Of a DNA stretch of 64,000 nucleotides, positions 13,198-22,116 are shown in pieces. A program made the translations under genes and the position numbers. Position 1 is the stretch's first letter; every line of letters starts with the position of its first letter. This stretch comes from an uncultured delta proteobacterium (lineage in GTDB: Bacteria > Desulfobacterota > RBG-13-43-22). The stretch spans positions 64,001-128,000 of the forward strand of contig CAWJJC010000028.1 of NCBI GenBank assembly GCA_963843145.1, given 5' to 3'. The notes under the pieces were generated by a model. The model had not been told where the DNA came from. It searched no databases and saw nothing but the letters and a program-made list of their open reading frames with translations.

Positions 13198-13262
13198 AGG
13201 CCAATTCCGTGGGGAGCCTTTAATTCATAAGCCCGACATCCGGGTTGGGTCAGGGAGGATCG

Positions 13263-13847
13263 ATGATTAAGACAGGCAAAATAGTGATGTCGGCCCTATT
13301 GGCGGGAATGCTGGGACTTCCCTTTTTACAATCCCCGGCCTGGGGGGCCGGGGAAAAGCCCGTGGGGGGTAGTAAGAATCCTATCGTGGTGACCTCCGAC
13401 ACCCTGGACGCCGATAATAAAGCCAAGATCGCTACCTTTTCCGGGTCCGTAGTGGCCAAACAGCTCCAGGAAAAGGAAACGCTTTATATCTACTGTGACA
13501 AACTGACTGTCTATTATACCGGCGACACGGAAAAAAAGCCCGGGCTGGGCCAGGCCCCCAAACCCGATAAGAAGGAAGGCTTGTCGCAACAGAGCAAGAT
13601 CGATAAGATAATCGCCACTGGCCACGTAAAGATCGTCCAGGGAGAAGATGTGGCTACGGGGGAAAACGCTACTTTCTTCAACGACGAACAAAAAATAGTG
13701 TTGACGGGGAATCCAAAGGTCTGGCAGGGGAAAAATTTGGTTAAGGGCGAGGAAATCACGGTCTGGATCAGGGAAAACCGCAGCCAGGTCACCAGTAAAG
13801 GAGCCAATCGGGTTCAGGCGATCATCCACCAAGAGGAAAAAAAGTAG
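13263..13847 (+). CDS. lptA: LPS transport periplasmic protein LptA
   Basis: Signal peptide, PIVVTSD, FSGSVVAKQ, IVLTGNPKVWQG (OstA-like). Confidence 0.88.
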   Translation: MIKTGKIVMSALLAGMLGLPFLQSPAWGAGEKPVGGSKNPIVVTSDTLDADNKAKIATFSGSVVAKQLQEKETLYIYCDKLTVYYTGDTEKKPGLGQAPKPDKKEGLSQQSKIDKIIATGHVKIVQGEDVATGENATFFNDEQKIVLTGNPKVWQGKNLVKGEEITVWIRENRSQVTSKGANRVQAIIHQEEKK

Positions 13848-13855
13848 TTCTTTTC

Positions 13856-14581
13856 ATGAAACAACTCGCTGTCCAGGAGCTGGTCAAGTTCTATCACCGT
13901 AAGGCTGTGGTGAATCGGGTTTCGTTGCAATTGACCCAGGGTGAGATCGTGGGGCTGCTGGGGCCCAACGGGGCCGGTAAAACTACTACCTTTTACATGA
14001 TCGTCGGCTTAACCCGTCCCAACCAAGGGCGGATCTTGTTCGACGGGGAGGACATTCGTGAACTGCCGATGTACCAGCGGGCCCGGAAAGGCATTAATTA
14101 CCTGCCCCAGGAGCCGTCGGTTTTCACCAAACTAACGGTGGCCGAGAATATTATGGCCATCCTGGAAACTCTGGATTTATCTTCTCTCGAGAGGGAAGAG
14201 CGTTTGGAGTCATTGCTCAAAGAATTGAAGCTCAGTCACTTGGCCCGGAATAAGGCCTATTCCCTGTCCGGAGGCGAACGGCGCCGGGTGGAAATAACCC
14301 GGGCCTTGGTCACGGCGCCTCAAATTATGCTGTTGGATGAACCTTTTGCCGGTATCGATCCCTTGGCGGTCAATGATATTCAAAACATCATCCGCCAATT
14401 GAAGGAAAAAAACATCGGGATCCTCATTTCCGATCACAACGTCCGGGAAACCTTGTCGGTTTGCGACCGGGCCTACATTCTGAATGAGGGGGTCATTTTG
14501 GAGGAGGGGAGTCCGGAGGAATTGGCCGAAAGCGAATTAGCCAAGAAGATTTACCTTGGCGAGAAATTCAGGTTGAATTAA
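13856..14581 (+). CDS. lptB: LPS export ABC transporter ATPase
   Basis: GPNGAGKTT, YLPQEPSVF, LSGGERRRVE, DEPFAGIDP, DHNVRETL. Confidence 0.97.
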   Translation: MKQLAVQELVKFYHRKAVVNRVSLQLTQGEIVGLLGPNGAGKTTTFYMIVGLTRPNQGRILFDGEDIRELPMYQRARKGINYLPQEPSVFTKLTVAENIMAILETLDLSSLEREERLESLLKELKLSHLARNKAYSLSGGERRRVEITRALVTAPQIMLLDEPFAGIDPLAVNDIQNIIRQLKEKNIGILISDHNVRETLSVCDRAYILNEGVILEEGSPEELAESELAKKIYLGEKFRLN

Positions 14582-16116
14582 TGGGTCTGGAAATTAAACA
14601 ACAGCTCAAGCTTTCCCAGCAGTTGATTATGACGCCCCAGCTTCAACAGGCGATCAAATTGCTGCAGCTTTCCCGGTTGGAGTTGCTGGAAACCTTGACC
14701 CAGGAAATCGAAGCCAACCCGGTATTGGAAGATTTGAATGCCGAGGAACCGGAGTATCTGCCGGGGGAAAAGGAAGGTCAGGAAGCCTCACCCGAGGTGG
14801 AAGCTCCGACCGGTGAGGTGGACCTCTCCGAAGGGGCCTTAGGCGCCTTGCAGGATTTGGACTGGGATAATTATCTGAATGAATACAGCGCCCCCCACCA
14901 AGATGAGGGGACCGAAGACCGGGAACTCCCCTCCTATGAAAATATTCTTACCCGCAAGGTCTCCCTGGCCGAACATTTAATCTGGCAATTATCCTTATCC
15001 GTTTTTTCTCCCGCCGAACAAAAGATGGGGACCGAAATCATCGGCAATCTTGATCGGAACGGCTACCTGTCCGCTTCGCTCGAAGAAATTGCCGCCGCGA
15101 CCCAGGAGACCCCGGAAGCGGTTGAAAAAGTCTTGCTGGCCATCCAAGAATTTGATCCGCTGGGGGTGGCCGCGCGGAATTTGAAGGAATGCCTGCTGAT
15201 TCAAATCCGACATCTGGGGGACCGGGTGCCCTGGGTGGAAGAAATAATTCAAAACCATATTCATCTCTTAGAAACAAAAAATTACCCCGCCCTGGCCAAG
15301 ATCCTGCAGGCCCCCCTGGAAGAAATTTTTCAGGCCGTCCGAATTATTCTGCAATTAAATCCCAAACCGGGACGGGCCTTCAGTACCGAAGAGCCGCAGT
15401 ATATCAGTCCGGATATTTTTATCTATAAGGTGGACGACGAATATATCATCGTCCTGAACGATGATGGCCTGCCCCGCTTACGGATCAACTCCTTTTACCG
15501 CAAGGCGTTAAGTGACAAAGAACAGATGCCGGAAGGGGCCAGGGAATATATTCAGGAAAAGTTGCGCTCGGCCCTCTGGTTGATCAAAAGCATTCAACAG
15601 CGGCAGCGAACCATTTACCGGGTGACCGAGAGCATTTTTAAAATTCAAAGGGGGTTTTTAGATCACGGCCTTTCCGGCTTGAAGCCCCTGATTTTGCGGG
15701 ATGTGGCCGAAGATGTGGAAATGCACGAGTCGACCGTCAGCCGGGTGACGACCAACAAGTATGTGCATACCCCGCGAGGTATTTTTGAACTCAAGTTTTT
15801 CTTTAATGGCTCGCTGCCCGGACCGGACGGGGAGGGTGTGGCTGCGGAAAGCGTCAAGGAAAAAATTCGGCAGTTCGTCGCCCGGGAGGACCACCGCCGA
15901 CCATTAAGCGATCAGGAAATTACCGAAATGCTCCGACGGGAAAAAATCCATATCGCTCGGCGAACGGTGGCCAAGTATCGAGAGATTCTTGGTATTTTGC
16001 CTTCCAGCAAAAGAAAACACCCGGATTTTGGCCCGGGCGGAATCAATGAAAAAAACAAAGTGCCGGATCATTCTCCAGAGGAAGATTCCATCATTCAATC
16101 AGAGGAGGGACTATGA
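14581..16116 (+). CDS. rpoN: RNA polymerase sigma-54 factor
   Basis: MTPQLQQAIKLLQLS, HESTVSR, and the RpoN box ARRTVAKYRE. Confidence 0.98.
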   Translation: MGLEIKQQLKLSQQLIMTPQLQQAIKLLQLSRLELLETLTQEIEANPVLEDLNAEEPEYLPGEKEGQEASPEVEAPTGEVDLSEGALGALQDLDWDNYLNEYSAPHQDEGTEDRELPSYENILTRKVSLAEHLIWQLSLSVFSPAEQKMGTEIIGNLDRNGYLSASLEEIAAATQETPEAVEKVLLAIQEFDPLGVAARNLKECLLIQIRHLGDRVPWVEEIIQNHIHLLETKNYPALAKILQAPLEEIFQAVRIILQLNPKPGRAFSTEEPQYISPDIFIYKVDDEYIIVLNDDGLPRLRINSFYRKALSDKEQMPEGAREYIQEKLRSALWLIKSIQQRQRTIYRVTESIFKIQRGFLDHGLSGLKPLILRDVAEDVEMHESTVSRVTTNKYVHTPRGIFELKFFFNGSLPGPDGEGVAAESVKEKIRQFVAREDHRRPLSDQEITEMLRREKIHIARRTVAKYREILGILPSSKRKHPDFGPGGINEKNKVPDHSPEEDSIIQSEEGL

Positions 16117-16652
16117 AAATTTCCGTAACTTTTCGGAATCTCGATCCGTCGGATCATTTGAAAAATTATGCCGAGACCCGGTTAAACCGGTTGAAAAAAA
16201 TAATGGAAGAACCGATTGAAGCTCATGTGGTGCTCTCCGTTCAAAAATTTCGACACCTGGCCGATGTTTCCATAAACGCCAACGGGATCAAAATCAAAGC
16301 CCAGGAGGAAACCGGAGACCTTTATGCGGCCATAGATATGGTCATGGATAAAATTGAAAAGCAGATCAAACGCCAGCGGGAAAAGATGAAAGACCATAAT
16401 CCCGAAAACTGGTCAAAGTCCGGCGATAAGGAGACGGAGTTCCCTGAAGAAGAAGAAACACCGGCCCTGACCCCGGAAGTGATCCGGACGGAAAGGATAT
16501 TTGCCAAGCCTATGGATGTGGAAGAGGCTTCCCTGCAGCTAAACCTGTCCAGCAGTGAGTTCCTGGTCTTTACTAATTCCAAATCCCGAGTCATCAACGT
16601 CCTTTATAAACGGAAAGACGGCAATTTCGGGCTGATCGAGCCCACCAATTAA
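16113..16652 (+). CDS. hpf: Ribosome hibernation promoting factor (long HPF)
   Basis: DLYAAID...KIEKQ; C-terminal KPMDVEEA...YKRKDGNFGLIEP. Confidence 0.95.
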   Translation: MKISVTFRNLDPSDHLKNYAETRLNRLKKIMEEPIEAHVVLSVQKFRHLADVSINANGIKIKAQEETGDLYAAIDMVMDKIEKQIKRQREKMKDHNPENWSKSGDKETEFPEEEETPALTPEVIRTERIFAKPMDVEEASLQLNLSSSEFLVFTNSKSRVINVLYKRKDGNFGLIEPTN

Positions 16653-17117
16653 ATGAAAATTAGTGATTTTCTAAACCCGGAACTCATCATTCCCGAACTC
16701 GCCGCCCGGACCAAGGAAGAGGTTTTAATGGAATTGGCCGATCGGATTGCTCGGAATTTCTCCGGGGTGTCGGCGGAGAAATTGCTCCAAATTCTCAAAG
16801 ATCGGGAAAAGTTGGGGAGTACCGGCATTGGCGACGGTTTTGCTATCCCCCATGGTAAGTCCAGGTCTATTAATCAGATGATCATCAGTTTTGGACGATC
16901 CCGGGCAGGGATTCCTTTCGACTCCATGGATGGGAAACCGGCACATTATTTTTTTGTTTTGATCGCCCCTGAAAATTCCGCCGGAGACCATCTTAAGGCC
17001 CTGGCCAAGATTTCCCGTTTTTTAAAAAACAGCCTTTTCAAGGAAAGCTTGGCCAACGCCAATGGCCAGAAAGAATTGCAAAAATTGATTCAGGACCAGG
17101 ATGACCTGACCCTTTAG
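16653..17117 (+). CDS. ptsN: PTS EIIA(Ntr)-type protein
   Basis: REKLGSTGIGDGFAIPHGK; located in the rpoN operon. Confidence 0.9.
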   Translation: MKISDFLNPELIIPELAARTKEEVLMELADRIARNFSGVSAEKLLQILKDREKLGSTGIGDGFAIPHGKSRSINQMIISFGRSRAGIPFDSMDGKPAHYFFVLIAPENSAGDHLKALAKISRFLKNSLFKESLANANGQKELQKLIQDQDDLTL

Positions 17118-17196
17118 TCGCATACTTATTTCAATAATTCTTGTTTAGAGTCTTTTTCCTCCGCGCGGGGCGGGAGGAGGGGACAGCAGCTACGGC

Positions 17197-18078
17197 ATGG
17201 CCTTCAAACCCACGAAAAATATCCGTTTGGTTATTATCAGCGGCCTTTCCGGGTCCGGCAAGAGTACCGCCCTTAAAGCCTTCGAAGACATCGGTTTTTT
17301 TTGCATCGACAACCTCCCCGTCACTCTGCTGCCGCGTTTCCTGGATTTGAAAGACGAAATCTCCAAGGAGGTTTTTAAAATCGCCCTGGTCATGGATCTG
17401 CGGGGCAAGGACTTCCTGACCAAATTTCCCAAGATCTATCAGGAAATCAAACGCAAGGGCTACCTGATCGAAATACTGTTCTTATACGCGGAAAACGAAG
17501 TCCTGGCCCGACGATTCAGCCAAACCCGTCGCCACCATCCTTTGGGCGATGGCAAAACCTTATCCGGAAACATCCAATTGGAACGCCGGAAAATGGCCCC
17601 CATCCAAAAGTTGGCCACCTACCGACTGGATACCTCCAATTTGAATGTGCACCAGTTGCGGGAGGAGATCCTGCGTTTGTTTTCTCGGGTGGCGTCCCCT
17701 CCCCCCATGGTCGTTCATTTGGTTTCTTTCGGCTACAAATACGGGTTGCCTTACGACGCCGATATAGTAATGGATGTCCGGTTTTTACCCAATCCCTTCT
17801 TTGTCTCCGAGTTAAAGGATCTGGATGGAAATCAAAAGTCGGTGGCCGATTACATCATGAAATGGAAAGAAACCACGACCTTCCTGAGGGATTTTTATAA
17901 ACTGATTTCTTTCCTGATCCCGGAATATCAAAAGGAAGGGAAATCCAATCTGACCATTGCCGTGGGTTGTACCGGCGGGCGCCATCGCTCGGTGGCCATC
18001 GTCAATGCCTTGGCGGTTTTTTTGAGGAAGCGGGATTTGATGGTCAATACCAAGCACCGGGACATCCAAATGGGGTGA
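17197..18078 (+). CDS. rapZ: RNase adapter RapZ / P-loop nucleotide-binding protein
   Basis: GLSGSGKS, SFGYKYG, DVRFLPNP, GCTGGRHRSV. Confidence 0.95.
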   Translation: MAFKPTKNIRLVIISGLSGSGKSTALKAFEDIGFFCIDNLPVTLLPRFLDLKDEISKEVFKIALVMDLRGKDFLTKFPKIYQEIKRKGYLIEILFLYAENEVLARRFSQTRRHHPLGDGKTLSGNIQLERRKMAPIQKLATYRLDTSNLNVHQLREEILRLFSRVASPPPMVVHLVSFGYKYGLPYDADIVMDVRFLPNPFFVSELKDLDGNQKSVADYIMKWKETTTFLRDFYKLISFLIPEYQKEGKSNLTIAVGCTGGRHRSVAIVNALAVFLRKRDLMVNTKHRDIQMG

Positions 18079-18080
18079 GG

Positions 18081-18164
18081 GTTTATTTCGTTGATTGGGT
18101 TCTTTTGGTTTCTTTGGTTTTCAAAACGAAACCAACGAAATAAAACCAAATCAACCAAATCAAC
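18081..18164. repeat. Low-complexity palindromic repeat (T/G-rich arm, A/C-rich arm, about 9-nt period)
   Basis: TTTATTTCGTTG (18082-18093) is the exact reverse complement of CAACGAAATAAA (18133-18144); tandem ACCAAATCA units follow. Confidence 0.65.
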
Positions 18165-18195
18165 GGTTAATCGGTTTTTGACGAGGTTATCCAAT

Positions 18196-18603
18196 ATGAT
18201 TGGTATCATTGTGGTAGGTCATTGTAAATTAAGTGAAGAATTGGTTAGGGCCGCTGAATTCATAACCGGGAAGATCCAAGGCGTACAAGCCGTGTCCCTG
18301 GACCCCAACGCGAAAGTGGACCTGCTGCGCCGCGAGGTAGCCTCGGCCATTGAGCAGGTGGACTCCGGCGACGGCATCCTGATCCTGGCCGATATGTTCG
18401 GCGGGACCCCTTCCAATATCAGTCTTTCCTTCTTGGAAGAAGGTAAGGTGGAGGTGGTGACCGGTGTCAACCTCCCTATGCTGATTCATCTCGCCACCCA
18501 GCGAGGCGGTAAATCCCTGAATCAACTGGCCGAAGAAGTACGGACCTCCGGAAAGCGAAGCATTTCCCTGGCCGGGGAAATACTAAGAAAAGAAGTGGCC
18601 TGA
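18196..18603 (+). CDS. PTS mannose/fructose-type EIIA component
   Basis: MIGIIVVGH, LADMFGGTPSN, VVTGVNLPML. Confidence 0.93.
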   Translation: MIGIIVVGHCKLSEELVRAAEFITGKIQGVQAVSLDPNAKVDLLRREVASAIEQVDSGDGILILADMFGGTPSNISLSFLEEGKVEVVTGVNLPMLIHLATQRGGKSLNQLAEEVRTSGKRSISLAGEILRKEVA

Positions 18604-18637
18604 CTCCCGGAGAGGATCGGCCCGACCTTTTTTCCCT

Positions 18638-19114
18638 TTGAACATCGTTCCCTCGGATTTTCTGGTTATTGAAGCGGCGCGGAAAAAAGACCTGGAGTCC
18701 GTTTGGGCCATCGAGCAGGCTTCCTTCCGCCATCCGTGGACCCGGGCCATGTTCCAGGAAGAGCTGGCCAAGTACCCGGCCACCCTCTTCGTCCTTAAGG
18801 AAATGCCGGGGAAAAGGGTGCTGGGATATAGCTGTTTTTGGACCCTGTCCGGGGAATTGCAATTGGTGAATATTGCGGTTCACCCGGACCTGCGGGGTAA
18901 AGGCCTGGGACAAAAGCTGTTGAATCATCTCCTCCAGGAAGCTGAAAGCCGCGCAGCCGAAAAAATATTTTTAGAAGTCCGCCCTTCCAACCAGGCGGCC
19001 ATTGGACTTTACGAAAGGTTGGGATTTAAGGTGCTGTACCACCGGCCCCGATATTATACCCCGGAAGGGGAGGACGCCTGGGTCATGGTCTGGGAGACCC
19101 CCTCCGGAAAATAA
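18638..19114 (+). CDS. rimI: Ribosomal protein alanine N-acetyltransferase (GNAT)
   Basis: IEQASFRHPW, NIAVHPDLRGKGLG, FLEVRPSN, RPRYY...EDA. Confidence 0.9.
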   Translation: MNIVPSDFLVIEAARKKDLESVWAIEQASFRHPWTRAMFQEELAKYPATLFVLKEMPGKRVLGYSCFWTLSGELQLVNIAVHPDLRGKGLGQKLLNHLLQEAESRAAEKIFLEVRPSNQAAIGLYERLGFKVLYHRPRYYTPEGEDAWVMVWETPSGK

Positions 19115-19129
19115 CTTGGGAGAAACGAA

Positions 19130-20185
19130 ATGTTAATGAATTTGGGAAAAGCCGACAGGCTGGAGTTCAGTGATGCCGAGCAGGCCCGGGACCACTTTTA
19201 CGACCGGGGCTGGACCGACGGCCTCCCGATCATCCCGCCGACCGAGGAAAAAGTAAGGGCTTTTCTGGCGGCGGCCCAACTGCCGTCAACGGAAATCTTG
19301 GGATCCATTCCGGAACGAAACCGGGTCTTCACGGCGGAAAAGGCGGCCATCAATGCCGTCATGGCCGGGTGCCTCCCGGAATATTTTCCGGTGGTGGTGG
19401 CGGCGGTGCGGGCTATGAGTCACCCCGATTTCGGTTTGCACGGTGTAACGGCCACCACGGCCGGGACCGCCATTTTAATGATCGTCAACGGACCGATCAT
19501 CCGGGAGATCGGGTTGAACAGCGGCCAAAATGTTTTCGGGCCGGGCCATCGGGCCAACGCCACCATCGGCCGGGCGATCCGTCTGATCCTGTTTAATTTG
19601 GGGGGGAGAGAATTCGATCGGGGTACCTTGGGGAACCCGGGAAAATACACCTATTGTATCGCCGAAGAGGAAGACAGCCGTTGGGAGCCGCTGCAGGTGA
19701 CCCGGGGTTTTTCCCGGGAAAGCGCCACGGTGACGGTTTTCGCGGCGGAAGGACCCAACCAGGTTCAGAATCACGGGGCCTTGAAACCGGAAAACATCTT
19801 GCTGACCATGGCCGACCGCATGCGCAGCCTGGGCAGCTTTAACATGTTGGGGGATACGGAAGGGGTGGTGGTCCTCTGCCGGGAACATTACCAGACGCTG
19901 ATTGAGGGCGGGTGGCAGAAAGACCGGGTCCGGCAGTTTCTTTATGAACGGGCCTGCCGACCCTTGGCCGATCTTAAACGGGGCGGCCTGATTGAAGCGC
20001 CGCTAGTCCCGGCGGATGAAACCACTATGATCAGGGCGGTATCCTCCCCGAACCATATTTTGTTGATTATGGCCGGCGGAGTAGCCGGGAGGTTTTCGGC
20101 CTTTATCCCGGGCTGGGGCGGGAGGCACATGTCCAAGGCGGTGACCTGGCCGATTGAGGCCGGCACCTGTTCGGGCGGGGGTTGA
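19130..20185 (+). CDS. Uncharacterised UGSC-associated protein; possibly a selenoprotein extending to 20266
   Basis: Conserved-looking blocks GWTDGLPIIPPT, AINAVMAGC, RANATIGRA and GNPGKY. It ends CSGGG-UGA followed by a SECIS-like hairpin and lies directly upstream of the UGSC gene. Confidence 0.75.
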   Translation: MLMNLGKADRLEFSDAEQARDHFYDRGWTDGLPIIPPTEEKVRAFLAAAQLPSTEILGSIPERNRVFTAEKAAINAVMAGCLPEYFPVVVAAVRAMSHPDFGLHGVTATTAGTAILMIVNGPIIREIGLNSGQNVFGPGHRANATIGRAIRLILFNLGGREFDRGTLGNPGKYTYCIAEEEDSRWEPLQVTRGFSRESATVTVFAAEGPNQVQNHGALKPENILLTMADRMRSLGSFNMLGDTEGVVVLCREHYQTLIEGGWQKDRVRQFLYERACRPLADLKRGGLIEAPLVPADETTMIRAVSSPNHILLIMAGGVAGRFSAFIPGWGGRHMSKAVTWPIEAGTCSGGG

Positions 20186-20292
20186 ACCCGCTCCCTGGCC
20201 CAGGTTAGGGCCGATAATCCTATAAGGATAAAATTCGAAACTCGAATTTCGGATTTAACTTTTTAAGTGTAAATAAATTAGAGAGGGAGACC

Positions 20293-20817
20293 ATGTCTTA
20301 TATTGTACTGGATCCGACCGACGGACCCATAAAAACCAGTTTTACCCTGGCCCCGCGACCGGAAAAACTTAAGGGAGTGACCCTGGGGGTCATTGACAAC
20401 GGCAAAAAAAATTCCGATTACCTCTTGAAAGGGATACTGGAAAAATTGCTGGCCCAGGAGGGATTGGCCGGTCACCGCTACGTTCGTAAGCCATCCGTAT
20501 CCCACGGCCTCCCGGCCGATCAAGCCCAAATACTGGCCGAGCAATGCCAGGTAGTTATTGCCGGGGTCGGGGACTGAGGCTCCTGCAGCTCGGGCAGTGT
20601 GCTCGATGGCATCATCATGGAGAAGCTGGGTCGACCCACGGCGGTGATTTGTACCGAACCCTTCCTGTCCTCCGGCAAGGCCATGGCCCTGGCCCATGGT
20701 TTCCCGGATTATCCTTTTGTCCTGATCCCTCATCCCATCAATGCCACCGCGAATGCGGTGCTGGACCAATGGGTGGACGGGTGTCTGGCGGAGATCCAAA
20801 GATTATTGACGGTCTGA
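20293..20817 (+). CDS. UGSC-motif selenoprotein (174 aa, Sec at codon 95)
   Basis: ORFs 20293..20577 and 20599..20817 are in frame across TGA 20575-20577, giving AGVGD-U-GSCSS. The hairpin UCGGGCA-GUG-UGCUCGA starts 12 nt after the UGA. Confidence 0.88.
20575..20606 (+). promoter_or_regulatory. SECIS element of the UGSC gene
   Basis: 7-bp stem (20590-20596 with 20600-20606), G-first loop, and the same 12-nt offset as the FDH SECIS. Confidence 0.75.
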
Positions 20818-20905
20818 ATTCCAGGGCCTATTATACCACGAGGGCAACGTTCAAATGGAGCCCTCGAAATGGATGAAATAGACCCACCTTTCTCCGGAAG
20901 GAGCG

Positions 20906-22081
20906 ATGAACATGACTGAGGATTACCGAGAATTTAGTCGGCGGGCCTTTATCAAGGCCGGGTTGTTGGGCGGAGCCGGGGTAGCGGCCGGCATCGGGGG
21001 ATGGCCGGATTTCGTTTCGGCGGCCGCTGGTAGTTCATCTGAACAGCCAGCACCGGTTTACCGGACCTTAGGCCGCACCGGCCTGAAAATCACAGTGGTC
21101 AGCTTCGGGGCCATGCTGACGCCGGAGCCGGAAGTCATCCGGGCCGGACTGGACCAGGGCATTAACTACATCGATACGGCCCGACGTTACATGAACGGTA
21201 AAAACGAGGGGATCGTGGCCCGGGCCATCAAGGGGCGGCGGGACAAAGTCTATCTGGCCACCAAAGCCCGACCCACCTCGGATACCAAAAAAGAAATCTT
21301 TCGGGACGTGGAGGAGAGTCTCACCGAGCTCCAGACGGATTACCTCGATGTGCTCCAGCTCCACAGCCTCAAAAGTAAGGAGCGGGCCTTCCTTCCGGAA
21401 GTGCGGGAGGCCCTGGTTCAATTGCGAAAGCAGGGCAAGGTCCGGTTTTTCGGGGTGACCACCCACACTAACCAGGCTGAAGTCGTCAATGCCCTGGCCG
21501 ACGACCCGGACCGCTTCTTCGACGTGGCCCTGGTGGGCTACAATTTTAAAAGCCCCCCGGAAATCAAGCAAGCCATCGCCCGGGCCTCCCAGGCCGGGAT
21601 CGGCATCGTGGCCATGAAGACCCAGGCCGGAGGATATCAGACCTCGGCTCTGGGACCGGTCAGCCCTCACCAGGCCGCTTTGAAGTGGGCTTTGCAGGAT
21701 ACCCACATAACGGCGGCCATCCCGGGCATGAAGGATCTGGCGCATCTCCAGGAGGATCTGGCCGTCATGGGGATGGCCCTGACACGGGGTGATGAGCAGA
21801 TCTTGAAAAGGTATGGTCAGGCCATCAGCCCCTATTACTGTCAACTCTGCGGAAGCTGCGAGGGATTCTGTTCTCGCGGAGTGGCCATCAGCGACATCAA
21901 CCGCTCCCTGATGTACGCCGAGGCCTACGGCAGTCTGGATCTGGCCATGGATACCTATCGGGAAATCCCCCAGCGGGCCTCCTTGAAGGCCTGTCTGGAT
22001 TGTTCGCCATGTACGGCTTCCTGTGTGAACGGGATCGATATTCCGGCCAAGCTGGAGCGGGCCAAGCGGTTTTTTGCCTAG
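20906..22081 (+). CDS. Tat-exported aldo/keto reductase with a C-terminal Fe-S (Cys-rich) domain
   Basis: SRRAFIK twin-arginine signal, YRTLGRTGLK, GINYIDTA, SLTELQTDYLD, and CQLCGSCEGFC...CLDCSPCTASC. Confidence 0.88.
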   Translation: MNMTEDYREFSRRAFIKAGLLGGAGVAAGIGGWPDFVSAAAGSSSEQPAPVYRTLGRTGLKITVVSFGAMLTPEPEVIRAGLDQGINYIDTARRYMNGKNEGIVARAIKGRRDKVYLATKARPTSDTKKEIFRDVEESLTELQTDYLDVLQLHSLKSKERAFLPEVREALVQLRKQGKVRFFGVTTHTNQAEVVNALADDPDRFFDVALVGYNFKSPPEIKQAIARASQAGIGIVAMKTQAGGYQTSALGPVSPHQAALKWALQDTHITAAIPGMKDLAHLQEDLAVMGMALTRGDEQILKRYGQAISPYYCQLCGSCEGFCSRGVAISDINRSLMYAEAYGSLDLAMDTYREIPQRASLKACLDCSPCTASCVNGIDIPAKLERAKRFFA

Positions 22082-22116
22082 AGCCCTCAAACCAAAGTAA
22101 AGAAAAGCCGCAGACC

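Noticed and set aside
18091-18195. 35-aa N-terminal extension of the PTS EIIA protein
   Set aside because: It derives from the low-complexity repeat. The canonical MIGII start at 18196 has its own GAGG RBS.
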